IMG/VR virus record: IMGVR_UViG_3300042473_000519
Length of the DNA stretch: 64,000 bases
Strand: one strand, 5' to 3'
Source of the DNA: an uncultured virus (IMG/VR IMGVR_UViG_3300042473_000519)
Lineage: Duplodnaviria; Heunggongvirae; Uroviricota; Caudoviricetes
The translations under genes were made by a program, and so were the position numbers. The notes beneath the pieces are model-generated. The model was not told the origin of the DNA, searched no databases, and was given only the letters and a program-made list of their open reading frames with translations. Shown here piece after piece: positions 40,772 to 49,420 of the stretch (the first letter of the stretch is position 1; each line of letters opens with the position of its first letter).

Positions 40772-42037
40772 ATGAAAGTCTACGATATTATTTGTGAATC
40801 CAATCTAACTGAAGCTAATCCATTTTCATGGCTTGGTCTTTTAAAGGGTGGTGCCAAAGCTGTTCCTCGTAAATTTATATCAGCGGCTGATAAAAGAGCA
40901 TTTGAAGAAGCTTCCGATGAGTTGGCTGATATTATTGCCGCTAAGATGAAGAGCGGAGGTCTTGACCATGCACCCAACATCAAAGACGCAGAGCGGTATA
41001 TAGATTCTGGTTTACTGGCTGCTAAAAAATCAGAAGGTGCTGAAGGCGAAGCTTGGATTCAGGATATGATCTATACTGCTGTTAAAAAAGCACACGAACG
41101 TTCCACAGCCGCTGCAAAAGTTGGTGCTGATGCTGCAAAAACTGGTAACACAGGCGGATCTTTGTTTCTAACAGGTGTTAAAACTGCTATCAATACATTA
41201 TTGGCCTATGAGATTTTTTCAAATGTAGATGAAGTATTTAATAATCCAAAGAATGGATACATGCCTGTGATGCGTTATTGGGAAGATAGACTTAAATCAG
41301 GGGCAATTACGCAGGAGAACTTTGAGGAAGCACACAGGGAAACTTTGAAAATAGCAGTTGGCAGATTGGCATTTCAGACTCCTACATTATTACTGGGCGG
41401 TGCGCTTGCTGTATTTAAAGTATTAAACCTGCTGAGAAACGGAGCACTGACTCTTATTGGTTTTAAAAAAGTAGCTGCTGGACTCAATGCACTTGGACAG
41501 TTTGCCAGTTACGGTGCCAAGTCTGTGTTGGCAGGATATTTGGCTTTTTTAAATTCTGATATACCTATCATGAATGCAGACATCAACAGTGACGGGAAAA
41601 AAGAATCTCTACGTCCGCTGGATGCAATTAAATGGTTGATAGTTGATGATGCATTTTATGTAGTTGGCAAAACAGCTGGTGTTGCCGCTGGCCTTGTTGG
41701 CCCTCTTGAACAAGCACTTATTTTGGCCTATGAAGATTTAATTGAAAAATACGGAGTTGATATAAACACTGGATTGTCAAAAGTTGGAGCCAAACCATTG
41801 CCAAGTGCTGTGCCAGGAAGTAAAAAATCGTTAGGCACATCAACGCCGCCTGCGGTTGCGCCTACTCCTGCTGTTGCTCCATCTGCTCCAGCCAGTTCAC
41901 CCAGCGCAAACACACCGTCCGACGAAAAATTTAATCCTGGCGATTGGACACAGACAAAGTCTGGATTTTATCAAAATAACAAAACTCAAGCAGTGATATC
42001 TCGTCAAGACTATCAGAAAAAAATACAATCACAGTAA
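40772..42037 (+). CDS. Putative internal head/ejected protein with hydrophobic segments
   Basis: Start reassigned to MKVYDIICE, downstream of the late promoter; the ORF-track start at 40673 lies inside the hairpin region. N-terminal I/L-x-E motifs, hydrophobic Gly/Ala stretches and a Pro/Ala-rich linker. Confidence 0.6.
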   Translation: MKVYDIICESNLTEANPFSWLGLLKGGAKAVPRKFISAADKRAFEEASDELADIIAAKMKSGGLDHAPNIKDAERYIDSGLLAAKKSEGAEGEAWIQDMIYTAVKKAHERSTAAAKVGADAAKTGNTGGSLFLTGVKTAINTLLAYEIFSNVDEVFNNPKNGYMPVMRYWEDRLKSGAITQENFEEAHRETLKIAVGRLAFQTPTLLLGGALAVFKVLNLLRNGALTLIGFKKVAAGLNALGQFASYGAKSVLAGYLAFLNSDIPIMNADINSDGKKESLRPLDAIKWLIVDDAFYVVGKTAGVAAGLVGPLEQALILAYEDLIEKYGVDINTGLSKVGAKPLPSAVPGSKKSLGTSTPPAVAPTPAVAPSAPASSPSANTPSDEKFNPGDWTQTKSGFYQNNKTQAVISRQDYQKKIQSQ

Positions 42038-42262
42038 CGGCATTTGAGTTTCTTTGGTTGCTTTTATATTTTCTTTTATGATAACGTAGATAGCTTCCCT
42101 ATCTTCGTAGCTGTAGAGATACAGTAAATCGTTTACTGTAACTCCTCCACGCATGTACCAACAAATCCTAAACAATTCTTCTTTAAATTGTTTAGTCTCT
42201 TGATCCAGTCTGTTTAAATCCGCCTGAATTTCGTCCGAGGAAGAACTGATTAGGCGTTGTCG
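42029..42262 (-). CDS. gp51-like ORF (77 aa) missing from the ORF track, probably the -1 frameshift extension of the gp26-like gene
   Basis: RQRLISSSSDEIQADLNRLDQETKQFKEELFRICWYMRGGVTVNDLLYLYSYEDREAIYVIIKENIKATKETQMPLL*. The first TTG is codon 30 and the first ATG is codon 37. Confidence 0.7.
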   Translation of the reverse strand, partial: RQRLISSSSDEIQADLNRLDQETKQFKEELFRICWYMRGGVTVNDLLYLYSYEDREAIYVIIKENIKATKETQMPLL

Positions 42263-43077
42263 AAAAAATTTGTTTGATCAAGTTCAATATAAACATTTGA
42301 TTCAGTTTCACAATTTGTACATTTTACCGGGTATGTTGGAAAATTCCATGCATTTCTATTCTTATCAATGTGTTCCTTGAGCAAATCAAAAATTTCCTTG
42401 TCGCAGTTATGCAACCATTCAGCTATGAACTCACGTTCAACAACAACTGTGTTATTTGCTTCTACACTTTCAACACTGGCAAGATATAATTCGTTTTGTG
42501 CATTACGCAACTCAACAAACAAGCCTTTAAATAATTCATTTTGTTCATCTTCAGACTCTAATCGCTGAATTTGTGCAAGACGTTGCTGTAGTTTAAATGT
42601 TCTGATGCTGAGATCCGTTGCCATTCGATATGTTAACGGTTGCGTTTTAACAACTAATTCGCCAATTGTAATTTTATTATCATACTTACAATTTGCATAA
42701 TGTTCCACCACTACATTTAAATCCAAATCATAATCGTTTTCAGTACTGCATACCGGACAAGTCTGTGTAACTGAAATTTTATTTCCGTATGTTGCAATTT
42801 TTATGGCTGCATATAACAAATTAGTATCAAGTGCTGACAATCCCCAAGCATCTTTGATGCTTGGGCAACAACTTTCAATTACTTTCACAGCACTTTCTCC
42901 GCTGATCAAGGCATCCGGAGTTTTTAATATAATCTCATCCATACCTGTCATGCCAAAAATTGGCATGTTGGTTAAGTCTCCTTCCACAGTACCCACGGAG
43001 TTGTATACACCGTTACTGGGAAGAGATATGTAAATTTTTGGCTGTCTAAAATACTGCTGTAAGGGATTTTGTACCAT
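42250..43077 (-). CDS. gp26: Baseplate hub assembly/tail chaperone protein, gp26-like
   Basis: NPLQQYFRQPKIYISLPS.G, MTGMDEIILKTPDAL..G, LD..L..AIKIATYG, CPVC and CTNC, ending NFF. Start MVQN at 43077 after GGAG; the ORF track over-extends to 43350. Confidence 0.75.
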   Translation of the reverse strand: MVQNPLQQYFRQPKIYISLPSNGVYNSVGTVEGDLTNMPIFGMTGMDEIILKTPDALISGESAVKVIESCCPSIKDAWGLSALDTNLLYAAIKIATYGNKISVTQTCPVCSTENDYDLDLNVVVEHYANCKYDNKITIGELVVKTQPLTYRMATDLSIRTFKLQQRLAQIQRLESEDEQNELFKGLFVELRNAQNELYLASVESVEANNTVVVEREFIAEWLHNCDKEIFDLLKEHIDKNRNAWNFPTYPVKCTNCETESNVYIELDQTNFFDNA

Positions 43078-43088
43078 TATTAACTCCA

Positions 43089-43114
43089 GATAAATATCAT
43101 GTGTAGTATTTATA
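43089..43114. promoter_or_regulatory. Pair of oppositely oriented late promoters
   Basis: GATAAATA (+, 43089-43096) and TATAAATA (-, 43114-43107) in the 61-nt gap between the gp26-like and tape-measure-like genes. Confidence 0.65.
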
Positions 43115-43138
43115 TACGCATATTTCCAGGAAAAAATT

Positions 43139-46100
43139 ATGGCAAAATCTACAGAAGAACTCTTACAAGACCTGATCGATATCTTGCGGCCAACGGGTAA
43201 TTCCAGCGGGCAAGATCCAGACGGTAAAACAAAAGGTGCATCACTTAAAGGTGGCCCTGCGTTTGTTGGTAGTTTTGCAGATCTCGAAAAATCGTTCAAG
43301 GATCTTAGTACTAAACTTGAAGAAATGGCCAAAGCTGTGGGTATTAACACAGATGCAGTAAAACAAATACCTGCTGCTATACTGGGTTACAGAAGTTCTG
43401 AAGCTCCTAGTAGAGCATTTCAAGATGCAGCTGATATATTTGGCAAAGGTGTTGGAAATTTTGTTAGGCATATCGATTCATTAAGGCAAGAAGCACAAAA
43501 GAATACTAACGTAGGTATTGGCGAAGGCGATCCGGTCCGCCAACGTGCTCGAGCTCAAGCAGCTGGTTATGAAGACAATGCTGCCATGCTGAAAGGCGTA
43601 ACAAATGAAGCTGGAAATTTTAGAGGAAGTTTGGCAGGGCTAGGATATAGTGCAAATGATGCCACGCAGAAATTTCTCGATTATTCAGAAGAGTTACGAA
43701 AAGATAAGACTATTAGAAATCTTATTGAAAAAAATATTATAACTGCTGCCGATGTACCAAGACTAGCAATGATGGCAGCACAAGGCCAAGATAAAGCATT
43801 AGATACTCAGGAAGGTAGAGACAACTTAGTCAAAGAAATGGCTAAACAAGCAACACTAATAAATCAAATATCATCTGCTTACGGCATTAACAGAGACAAG
43901 TTGATAGAAAATTCAATTGCTATGAATGAGAATAATGAATCTCAGATACGGCAAGCTGCATTAGGAGATGATGCTGCACGTAGAGCAATGAAAACTGCTC
44001 AAACTATCAGTACACCGTCAGGCGAATCGATGGAGAAGTTAGTTGCTAAACTAAGTTCAGGTGCTAGACTGTCAAAAGAAGATAGAGCAATGCTGAGTGT
44101 TGGTACCATGGGCATGGGCGGCCAACTTACGTCAGCAGTCAAAGATATTCAACGGACTAAAAATCTTAAGGTAGACGATCCACAACGTATTGCCGCGGAA
44201 GACAATCTTCGAAGAGTTCAGGCAGAAATACGTGCTAGACAGCAATCTCCAGAAGCAAATAGATTGGCCCAGAGCATGAAAGAAGGAACTAATCGAAGCG
44301 TATTGGAAAAAGCCATTGAGGAAGGCAGGCCAGCTGCTAGAATAGAACAAAAAAATAGACAGTTGGGAGGATTTACTCCAGAACAGGCTGCAAAAAATGC
44401 ACAGGAAAATGCCGGCGGTGCAGCCGCACGGGGACAACAACAACAATTTAGTGGTGCAAATCCACCAAAAACTGCCGACGGTGCAAAAGTATTTCAAACT
44501 ATTTCTGAATTAACAGAAGCATATTCTAAAAATGCCGCGGCAGCAACCGGAGCACTGGCCAAATTAAATGAACAACTGGGGAAAAATGCTGAAGTTATTG
44601 ACCGAATCAAAAAAGTATTAACACTACCAGTCGGCCCAAACAGCGAATCAGTAAAAGAAAAAGAAGCAAACATACAAAAACCCATTGATGAAATTGTTAA
44701 ATTACTTAATCCCAATGGTCCATCTACAGATGTCCGTGGTCCAGGTATGACTCCAAGTGGAGATTTAAAATTAACTACGCCAAATGTAAGTATAACATCT
44801 CCGAATGTTACGGTAACTCCTACTACTCCGTCTAACAATGCCCCTGCCGCCCCAACAATGCAGATTAGTCCTACTGGAACACCACAAGCAATACCTGTTG
44901 AGACTCGCGGCACTGGCACAGTGGGCGAGACAGGATTCTCAGCTGAAATGAACGATGTAGTTGCCAAGCTACATAAAGGCGAAACAGTATTAACTCCAGA
45001 ACAGATGAAAAATCTTATATCTGGAGTGGGCATGATGTCAGCAAGTGATACTGCCAGTGCTATGTTGTCCAACATGACTGGAACTAAAAGTGCTGGCCAA
45101 TCTGGTGGCATTGATATTACCAAGATGTTTGATTCAGTTAATACCAATATTAGTTCTGCAAGCAAGCCCGAATCGATAACTTCAGATATTATATACACCG
45201 GCACATTGAAAGCCTTAAAGGAAATTAACGGTGTTACATCCCCTGAACCTGGAAAATCAGAATCCAAGACATCATTAACGGTACCAGCTGTTCCGCCAAT
45301 AAACGTAGCAGTGCCAGATATTCCACAAGTAAAAGTAGCAGATGTCAAAGTACCTGGCATACCACCAGTAAATGTGGCAGTAGCAGATGTCAAAGTATCA
45401 GCTATTCCACAAGTAAAAGTAGCAGATGTCAAAGTACCTGGCATACCACAAGTAAAAGTAGCAGATGTCAAAGTACCTGGCATACCACAAGTAAAAGTAG
45501 CAGATGTCAAAGTACCTGGCATACCACAAGTAAAAGTAGCAGATGTCAAAGTATCAGCTATTCCACCAGTAACATTAACAACCCCAAAACCATTAACTCC
45601 AGATACTAGTACTAATAAAACAGATTCAATAATTGATAAACAATTGGCAAAATTTGGAATAGATCTTGGAAATTTATCAGGCAAGTTACCCAGCAACATG
45701 CCAACTCCTGCCACAACAAAACCAGTAAGCATTTCTGAAATACAAAAATACATGTCCGAAGGAATGAGTCAATCGGATGCTCAAAAGAAAGCAGAAAAAA
45801 CAGCACTTGCAACAGCTCCTGCCTTTACTTCAGATGTTGGCATTAAAAAGATATTTGACAGCGTATCAACAACTATAAGTTCAGTAACTGGAGGAGGTTC
45901 TACAACACGCAAATCTGTACAAAATGAAGATGCAAAGTCTGCACAGACACAATTAGAAGCGTTGACAAGCCAGTATAATAAAGACCGTGTGGCAATCAGT
46001 AATAAAATTAGTGAATCCATGGGTCCAGATACAAAACGAGGAGATGTACTTAAAGAATTAAAAGTTAATCCAGAGGCTATTGCATTGGAAGCACGTATGA

Positions 46101-46459
46101 AATCCATGACATCCGATTTGTCCAATCGTATCGGTGCTGGCACTAGTGTAGAAACTACATTTGAATCTGGAATACAACGTGGAAATATTGTTGAAAAATC
46201 AGCTACATCAGTACCAATTACTGATGTAATGAAAGGGTTTGAACCAACACCGGACGAGTATGCAACAGAAGAACCAGATGAAAAACCACAATCAATCAAT
46301 CTCAATGATTCTGAAGCCACTGCAAAAGATTTGTACGATCAGTTAATTCAGTTAAATAGTAGTATACGGCAATTAGTTGAACATAGTGCCAGCGGCGTTG
46401 ACCTTGCTGGAGCTCAAATCAAAGCCACACGTGGTTTGTCTGGCAACAGATTTGCTTAA
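43139..46459 (+). CDS. Tape measure-like/baseplate hub (gp29-like) protein
   Basis: Long Ala/Gln/Glu-rich helical N-terminal half and the motif LHKGETVLTPEQM. Divergent from the gp26-like chaperone. Confidence 0.65.
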   Translation: MAKSTEELLQDLIDILRPTGNSSGQDPDGKTKGASLKGGPAFVGSFADLEKSFKDLSTKLEEMAKAVGINTDAVKQIPAAILGYRSSEAPSRAFQDAADIFGKGVGNFVRHIDSLRQEAQKNTNVGIGEGDPVRQRARAQAAGYEDNAAMLKGVTNEAGNFRGSLAGLGYSANDATQKFLDYSEELRKDKTIRNLIEKNIITAADVPRLAMMAAQGQDKALDTQEGRDNLVKEMAKQATLINQISSAYGINRDKLIENSIAMNENNESQIRQAALGDDAARRAMKTAQTISTPSGESMEKLVAKLSSGARLSKEDRAMLSVGTMGMGGQLTSAVKDIQRTKNLKVDDPQRIAAEDNLRRVQAEIRARQQSPEANRLAQSMKEGTNRSVLEKAIEEGRPAARIEQKNRQLGGFTPEQAAKNAQENAGGAAARGQQQQFSGANPPKTADGAKVFQTISELTEAYSKNAAAATGALAKLNEQLGKNAEVIDRIKKVLTLPVGPNSESVKEKEANIQKPIDEIVKLLNPNGPSTDVRGPGMTPSGDLKLTTPNVSITSPNVTVTPTTPSNNAPAAPTMQISPTGTPQAIPVETRGTGTVGETGFSAEMNDVVAKLHKGETVLTPEQMKNLISGVGMMSASDTASAMLSNMTGTKSAGQSGGIDITKMFDSVNTNISSASKPESITSDIIYTGTLKALKEINGVTSPEPGKSESKTSLTVPAVPPINVAVPDIPQVKVADVKVPGIPPVNVAVADVKVSAIPQVKVADVKVPGIPQVKVADVKVPGIPQVKVADVKVPGIPQVKVADVKVSAIPPVTLTTPKPLTPDTSTNKTDSIIDKQLAKFGIDLGNLSGKLPSNMPTPATTKPVSISEIQKYMSEGMSQSDAQKKAEKTALATAPAFTSDVGIKKIFDSVSTTISSVTGGGSTTRKSVQNEDAKSAQTQLEALTSQYNKDRVAISNKISESMGPDTKRGDVLKELKVNPEAIALEARMKSMTSDLSNRIGAGTSVETTFESGIQRGNIVEKSATSVPITDVMKGFEPTPDEYATEEPDEKPQSINLNDSEATAKDLYDQLIQLNSSIRQLVEHSASGVDLAGAQIKATRGLSGNRFA
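45323..45562 (+). repeat. 39-bp coding tandem repeat, 6 units (PQVKVADVKVPGI)
   Basis: ccacaagtaaaagtagcagatgtcaaagtacctggcata at 45323, 45407, 45446 and 45485, with variants at 45362 (45 bp) and 45524. Confidence 0.95.
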
Positions 46460-46472
46460 GGATAACTGAATA

Positions 46473-48212
46473 ATGAGTTGGAAAAAATATTTTTCTCCTG
46501 TAGATCAAGGAAACGGCAGCAATCTTAGTCCGATTAGCGGCAAGAACTCTGGTAGCCGTCCAGGCCCTGCCAGTACTAACTACAGCAGTTATCTGCCAGA
46601 TGTTTACACCGGCAGTCCAAATCGCATTGAGCGTTATCAACAATATGAAACTATGGACAGTGATCCAGAAGTCAATGCCGCATTGGATATTTTGGCGGAA
46701 TTCTGCACACAAAAACTAAAAGACGGCAAGAGTCCATTTACAGTTGCTTGGAAAAATCAAGCTACTAATACAGAAATACAAGTACTCGGCGAGTACATGT
46801 CACAGTGGAACAAACTGCAACAATTTGATACAAAAATATTTCGTATTGTACGCAATGTGTTCAAATACGGTGATGTATTCTTTATTCGCGATCCTGAAAA
46901 TCAAAAATGGAGTTACGTTGATCCGGGAAAGATTACAAAGATTATTGTGAATGAAAGCGAAGGCAAAAAACCTGAGCAATATGTTATTAAAGATATGGCA
47001 CCTAACTTTATGAATTTAGTTGCCACACAAATTACACCAAACATCAATCCAAAGAACAATGGCGGCGGAACAAGTTCGTTTGCCGGCGGTATGGGACAAA
47101 ATGCCAGTGCCAAAGGATCCAGCGGCTTCCCATCTGCCAGCGGCAGTCGCTTTGGACTAAGTGAAACCGAACATGCTATCGATGGTGAACATATTATACA
47201 TTTAAGTTTGTCAGAAGGATTAGACAACAATTATCCGTTTGGCAATAGCTTACTTGAAAACATCTTTAAAGTTTACAAACAAAAAGAATTGTTGGAAGAT
47301 GCTATTCTTATCTATCGTATACAACGTGCTCCAGAACGCCGTGTGTTTCACATTGACGTGGGTAATATGCCCAGTCACTTGGCCATGGCATTCGTTGAAC
47401 GGGTTAAAAATGAAATTCATCAACGCAGAATTCCAAGTCAAAGCGGCGGTGGTCAGAACGTTATTGATAGTGCGTACAATCCATTAAGCATTAACGAAGA
47501 TTATTTCTTTCCAACAACAGCAGAAGGCCGAGGAAGCAAAGTTGAAACATTGCCAGGCGGTACTAATCTAGGTGAAATTGATGACTTAAAGTACTTTACC
47601 AACAAGTTATTCCGTGGACTACGCATTCCAAGTAGCTATTTGCCAACTGGTGCAGATGACTCGCAAGCATCATTTAACGATGGGCGGGTGGGTACTGCAT
47701 ACATTCAAGAATTACGCTTTAACAAGTATTGCGAACGTTTGCAAGCACTTATTACCGCAGTATTTGACAGCGAATTTAAGAAATACATGTACTCACGTGG
47801 CATGAATATTGACGCAAACTTGTTTGAATTGAAGTTTAATCCTCCAATGAACTTTGCAAGTAGTCGTCAAGCGGCCATGGATACTGAACGTATTAATACA
47901 TTTAACACTATTCAAGCAGTACCATTTATGTCAAAACGTTTTGCATTAAAACGTTTCTTAGGACTGACCGAAGACGAGATTGCAGAAAACGAACGCTTGT
48001 GGGGTGAAGAGTCCGGCAAAGGTGAGCCAACTAATACAGATGCCGCCGGAGAATTGCGTGGCGCAGGACTCAGTGCAGCTGGCATTGAAGGTGACATGGG
48101 CTTTGCCGGTGACATGAGTCCTCCAGAAGATATGGCAGTTCCGGGCGAGCCAGGCAGTGAACCAGGCGCAATGCCTAATCCTGCAGAAGCTGGCACACCA
48201 CCTGTAGCATAA
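46473..48212 (+). CDS. gp20: Portal protein
   Basis: Y..M..DPEVNAALDI, LLEDAILIYRIQRAPERRVFHIDVGNMP, EDYFFP..GRGSKVETLPGG.NLGEIDDLKYF..KLFRGLRIP. Confidence 0.95.
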   Translation: MSWKKYFSPVDQGNGSNLSPISGKNSGSRPGPASTNYSSYLPDVYTGSPNRIERYQQYETMDSDPEVNAALDILAEFCTQKLKDGKSPFTVAWKNQATNTEIQVLGEYMSQWNKLQQFDTKIFRIVRNVFKYGDVFFIRDPENQKWSYVDPGKITKIIVNESEGKKPEQYVIKDMAPNFMNLVATQITPNINPKNNGGGTSSFAGGMGQNASAKGSSGFPSASGSRFGLSETEHAIDGEHIIHLSLSEGLDNNYPFGNSLLENIFKVYKQKELLEDAILIYRIQRAPERRVFHIDVGNMPSHLAMAFVERVKNEIHQRRIPSQSGGGQNVIDSAYNPLSINEDYFFPTTAEGRGSKVETLPGGTNLGEIDDLKYFTNKLFRGLRIPSSYLPTGADDSQASFNDGRVGTAYIQELRFNKYCERLQALITAVFDSEFKKYMYSRGMNIDANLFELKFNPPMNFASSRQAAMDTERINTFNTIQAVPFMSKRFALKRFLGLTEDEIAENERLWGEESGKGEPTNTDAAGELRGAGLSAAGIEGDMGFAGDMSPPEDMAVPGEPGSEPGAMPNPAEAGTPPVA

Positions 48213-48215
48213 ATA
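48208..48215 (+). promoter_or_regulatory. Late promoter (CATAAATA) overlapping the portal stop codon
   Basis: Four nt upstream of ATG 48220. Confidence 0.55.
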
Positions 48216-48219
48216 CATC

Positions 48220-48459
48220 ATGATACTTAGAGAATTGTTTTATATTGATCCTGAAAAACGCCATGTGGCCAACGATCTTCGTTATAGCCCTGAGCGTGAC
48301 AGCACAGTCTTGCATCGTTCGGATACACGTAAGACTAGATTGACATTAAGACAGATCAATGAGCTAAGAAAAACAAGCGAAGCACATATACTAGAACAGG
48401 AAAATGAACTAGAATTTATCCATTCCATGTATGCTACTCCCGTAGCACCACCAGCATAA
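48220..48459 (+). CDS. Small head-module protein
   Basis: 79 aa between the portal and core genes, MILRELF..DTRKTRLTLRQINELRK. Confidence 0.7.
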   Translation: MILRELFYIDPEKRHVANDLRYSPERDSTVLHRSDTRKTRLTLRQINELRKTSEAHILEQENELEFIHSMYATPVAPPA

Positions 48460-48566
48460 TTTAAAAATAGTTAAAAACTGACTGTTTTCAGCCTATATCC
48501 CTGCACTTTTGTAATATTAGTGTAAATATAATACAGCCTTGTATCATCAATCACAGGAGAATAAAC

Positions 48567-49412
48567 ATGACTGACCGCGCACAATTTGAAGCTATGCTTG
48601 AAGCTTTGATCAACGAAGATCAAGAATCAGCAAAAGAAATTTTTCACAACATCGTAGTTTCTAAATCACGTGAAATTTACGAAGAACTATTAGCAGAAGA
48701 CTTTACATCAGAAGACGAAAATGCAACTTCTGGCCAAGCTGGTGAAGAGCCAATGGGCGAAATGTTTGGCGACGATGCAGAAGACGACAGCGAAGAACCA
48801 GCTGACGATGCAGAAGACGACAGCGAAGAAGGTGATGACGAAGAAGGTGAAGAGAACCCATTCGGCGACGAAGAAGGCAGCGATTCTGATATGGACGATG
48901 CAGAACAAACAGATCGTATTCTTGACTTAGAAGATGCGTTAGAAGAATTAAAAGCAGAATTTGAACAATTAATGGGCGGTGATGACGACATGGGCAGTGA
49001 CGACATGGGCGGAATGGACGCAATGGGCGGTGACGACATGGGCGGAATGGACGCAATGGGCGACGAAGAAGAACTAGAAGGCCAATTGTTTGAATATGTA
49101 AACAAAGTCAGCGTTCCTAAAGGCGGTGACAACGGTGTTAACACTAAGTCGTTGATTGACAACATGAAAAACGACATGGGCGGCACTAACAAAAATATCG
49201 CTCAATCTTTCTCAACAGAGAAAGGCGGTACACAAGGCGGATTGCTAAAGCCAACTACTAGCGTGGAAGACTTTGGTAATGTTAACAAGCCAGGTGCCAA
49301 TGCAGGCAAGACAGCGTTCAAGAAGAAAGAACCAGGTCATGGTGCAGAGAAAGCTGGTTCAAGAGAAACAGCAGATAACAAACAAAGTTTGTTACGTCAA
49401 GCTAAGAAATAA
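48567..49412 (+). CDS. Acidic prohead core/scaffold-like protein
   Basis: D/E-rich, lies between portal and protease like T4 gp67/gp68, has L-x-E motifs and an AGGAG SD. Confidence 0.7.
   Translation: MTDRAQFEAMLEALINEDQESAKEIFHNIVVSKSREIYEELLAEDFTSEDENATSGQAGEEPMGEMFGDDAEDDSEEPADDAEDDSEEGDDEEGEENPFGDEEGSDSDMDDAEQTDRILDLEDALEELKAEFEQLMGGDDDMGSDDMGGMDAMGGDDMGGMDAMGDEEELEGQLFEYVNKVSVPKGGDNGVNTKSLIDNMKNDMGGTNKNIAQSFSTEKGGTQGGLLKPTTSVEDFGNVNKPGANAGKTAFKKKEPGHGAEKAGSRETADNKQSLLRQAKK
48771..49062 (+). repeat. Two coding duplications in the acidic core protein
   Basis: 27-bp direct repeat at 48771-48797 and 48804-48830. Exact 33-bp tandem at 48997-49029 and 49030-49062. Confidence 0.9.
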
Positions 49413-49420
49413 TTAAAACA

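Noticed and set aside
43078..43350. ORF-track N-terminal extension of the gp26-like gene
   Set aside because: It overlaps the tape-measure-like gene on the other strand. A start with SD and promoter exists at 43077.
45323..45562. CRISPR-like appearance of the 39-bp repeats
   Set aside because: Units are contiguous, in frame and lack unique spacers. No cas genes are present.
44494..46320. Long antisense ORFs (419 aa and 179 aa)
   Set aside because: Shadow frames of the tape-measure-like gene and its repeats, explained by codon bias.
46352..46358. TTAAATA inside the tape-measure-like gene as a portal promoter
   Set aside because: Degenerate match in AT-rich coding sequence that cannot be told from chance.
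48677..49192. Several overlapping antisense ORFs
   Set aside because: Low-complexity shadows of the acidic core gene.
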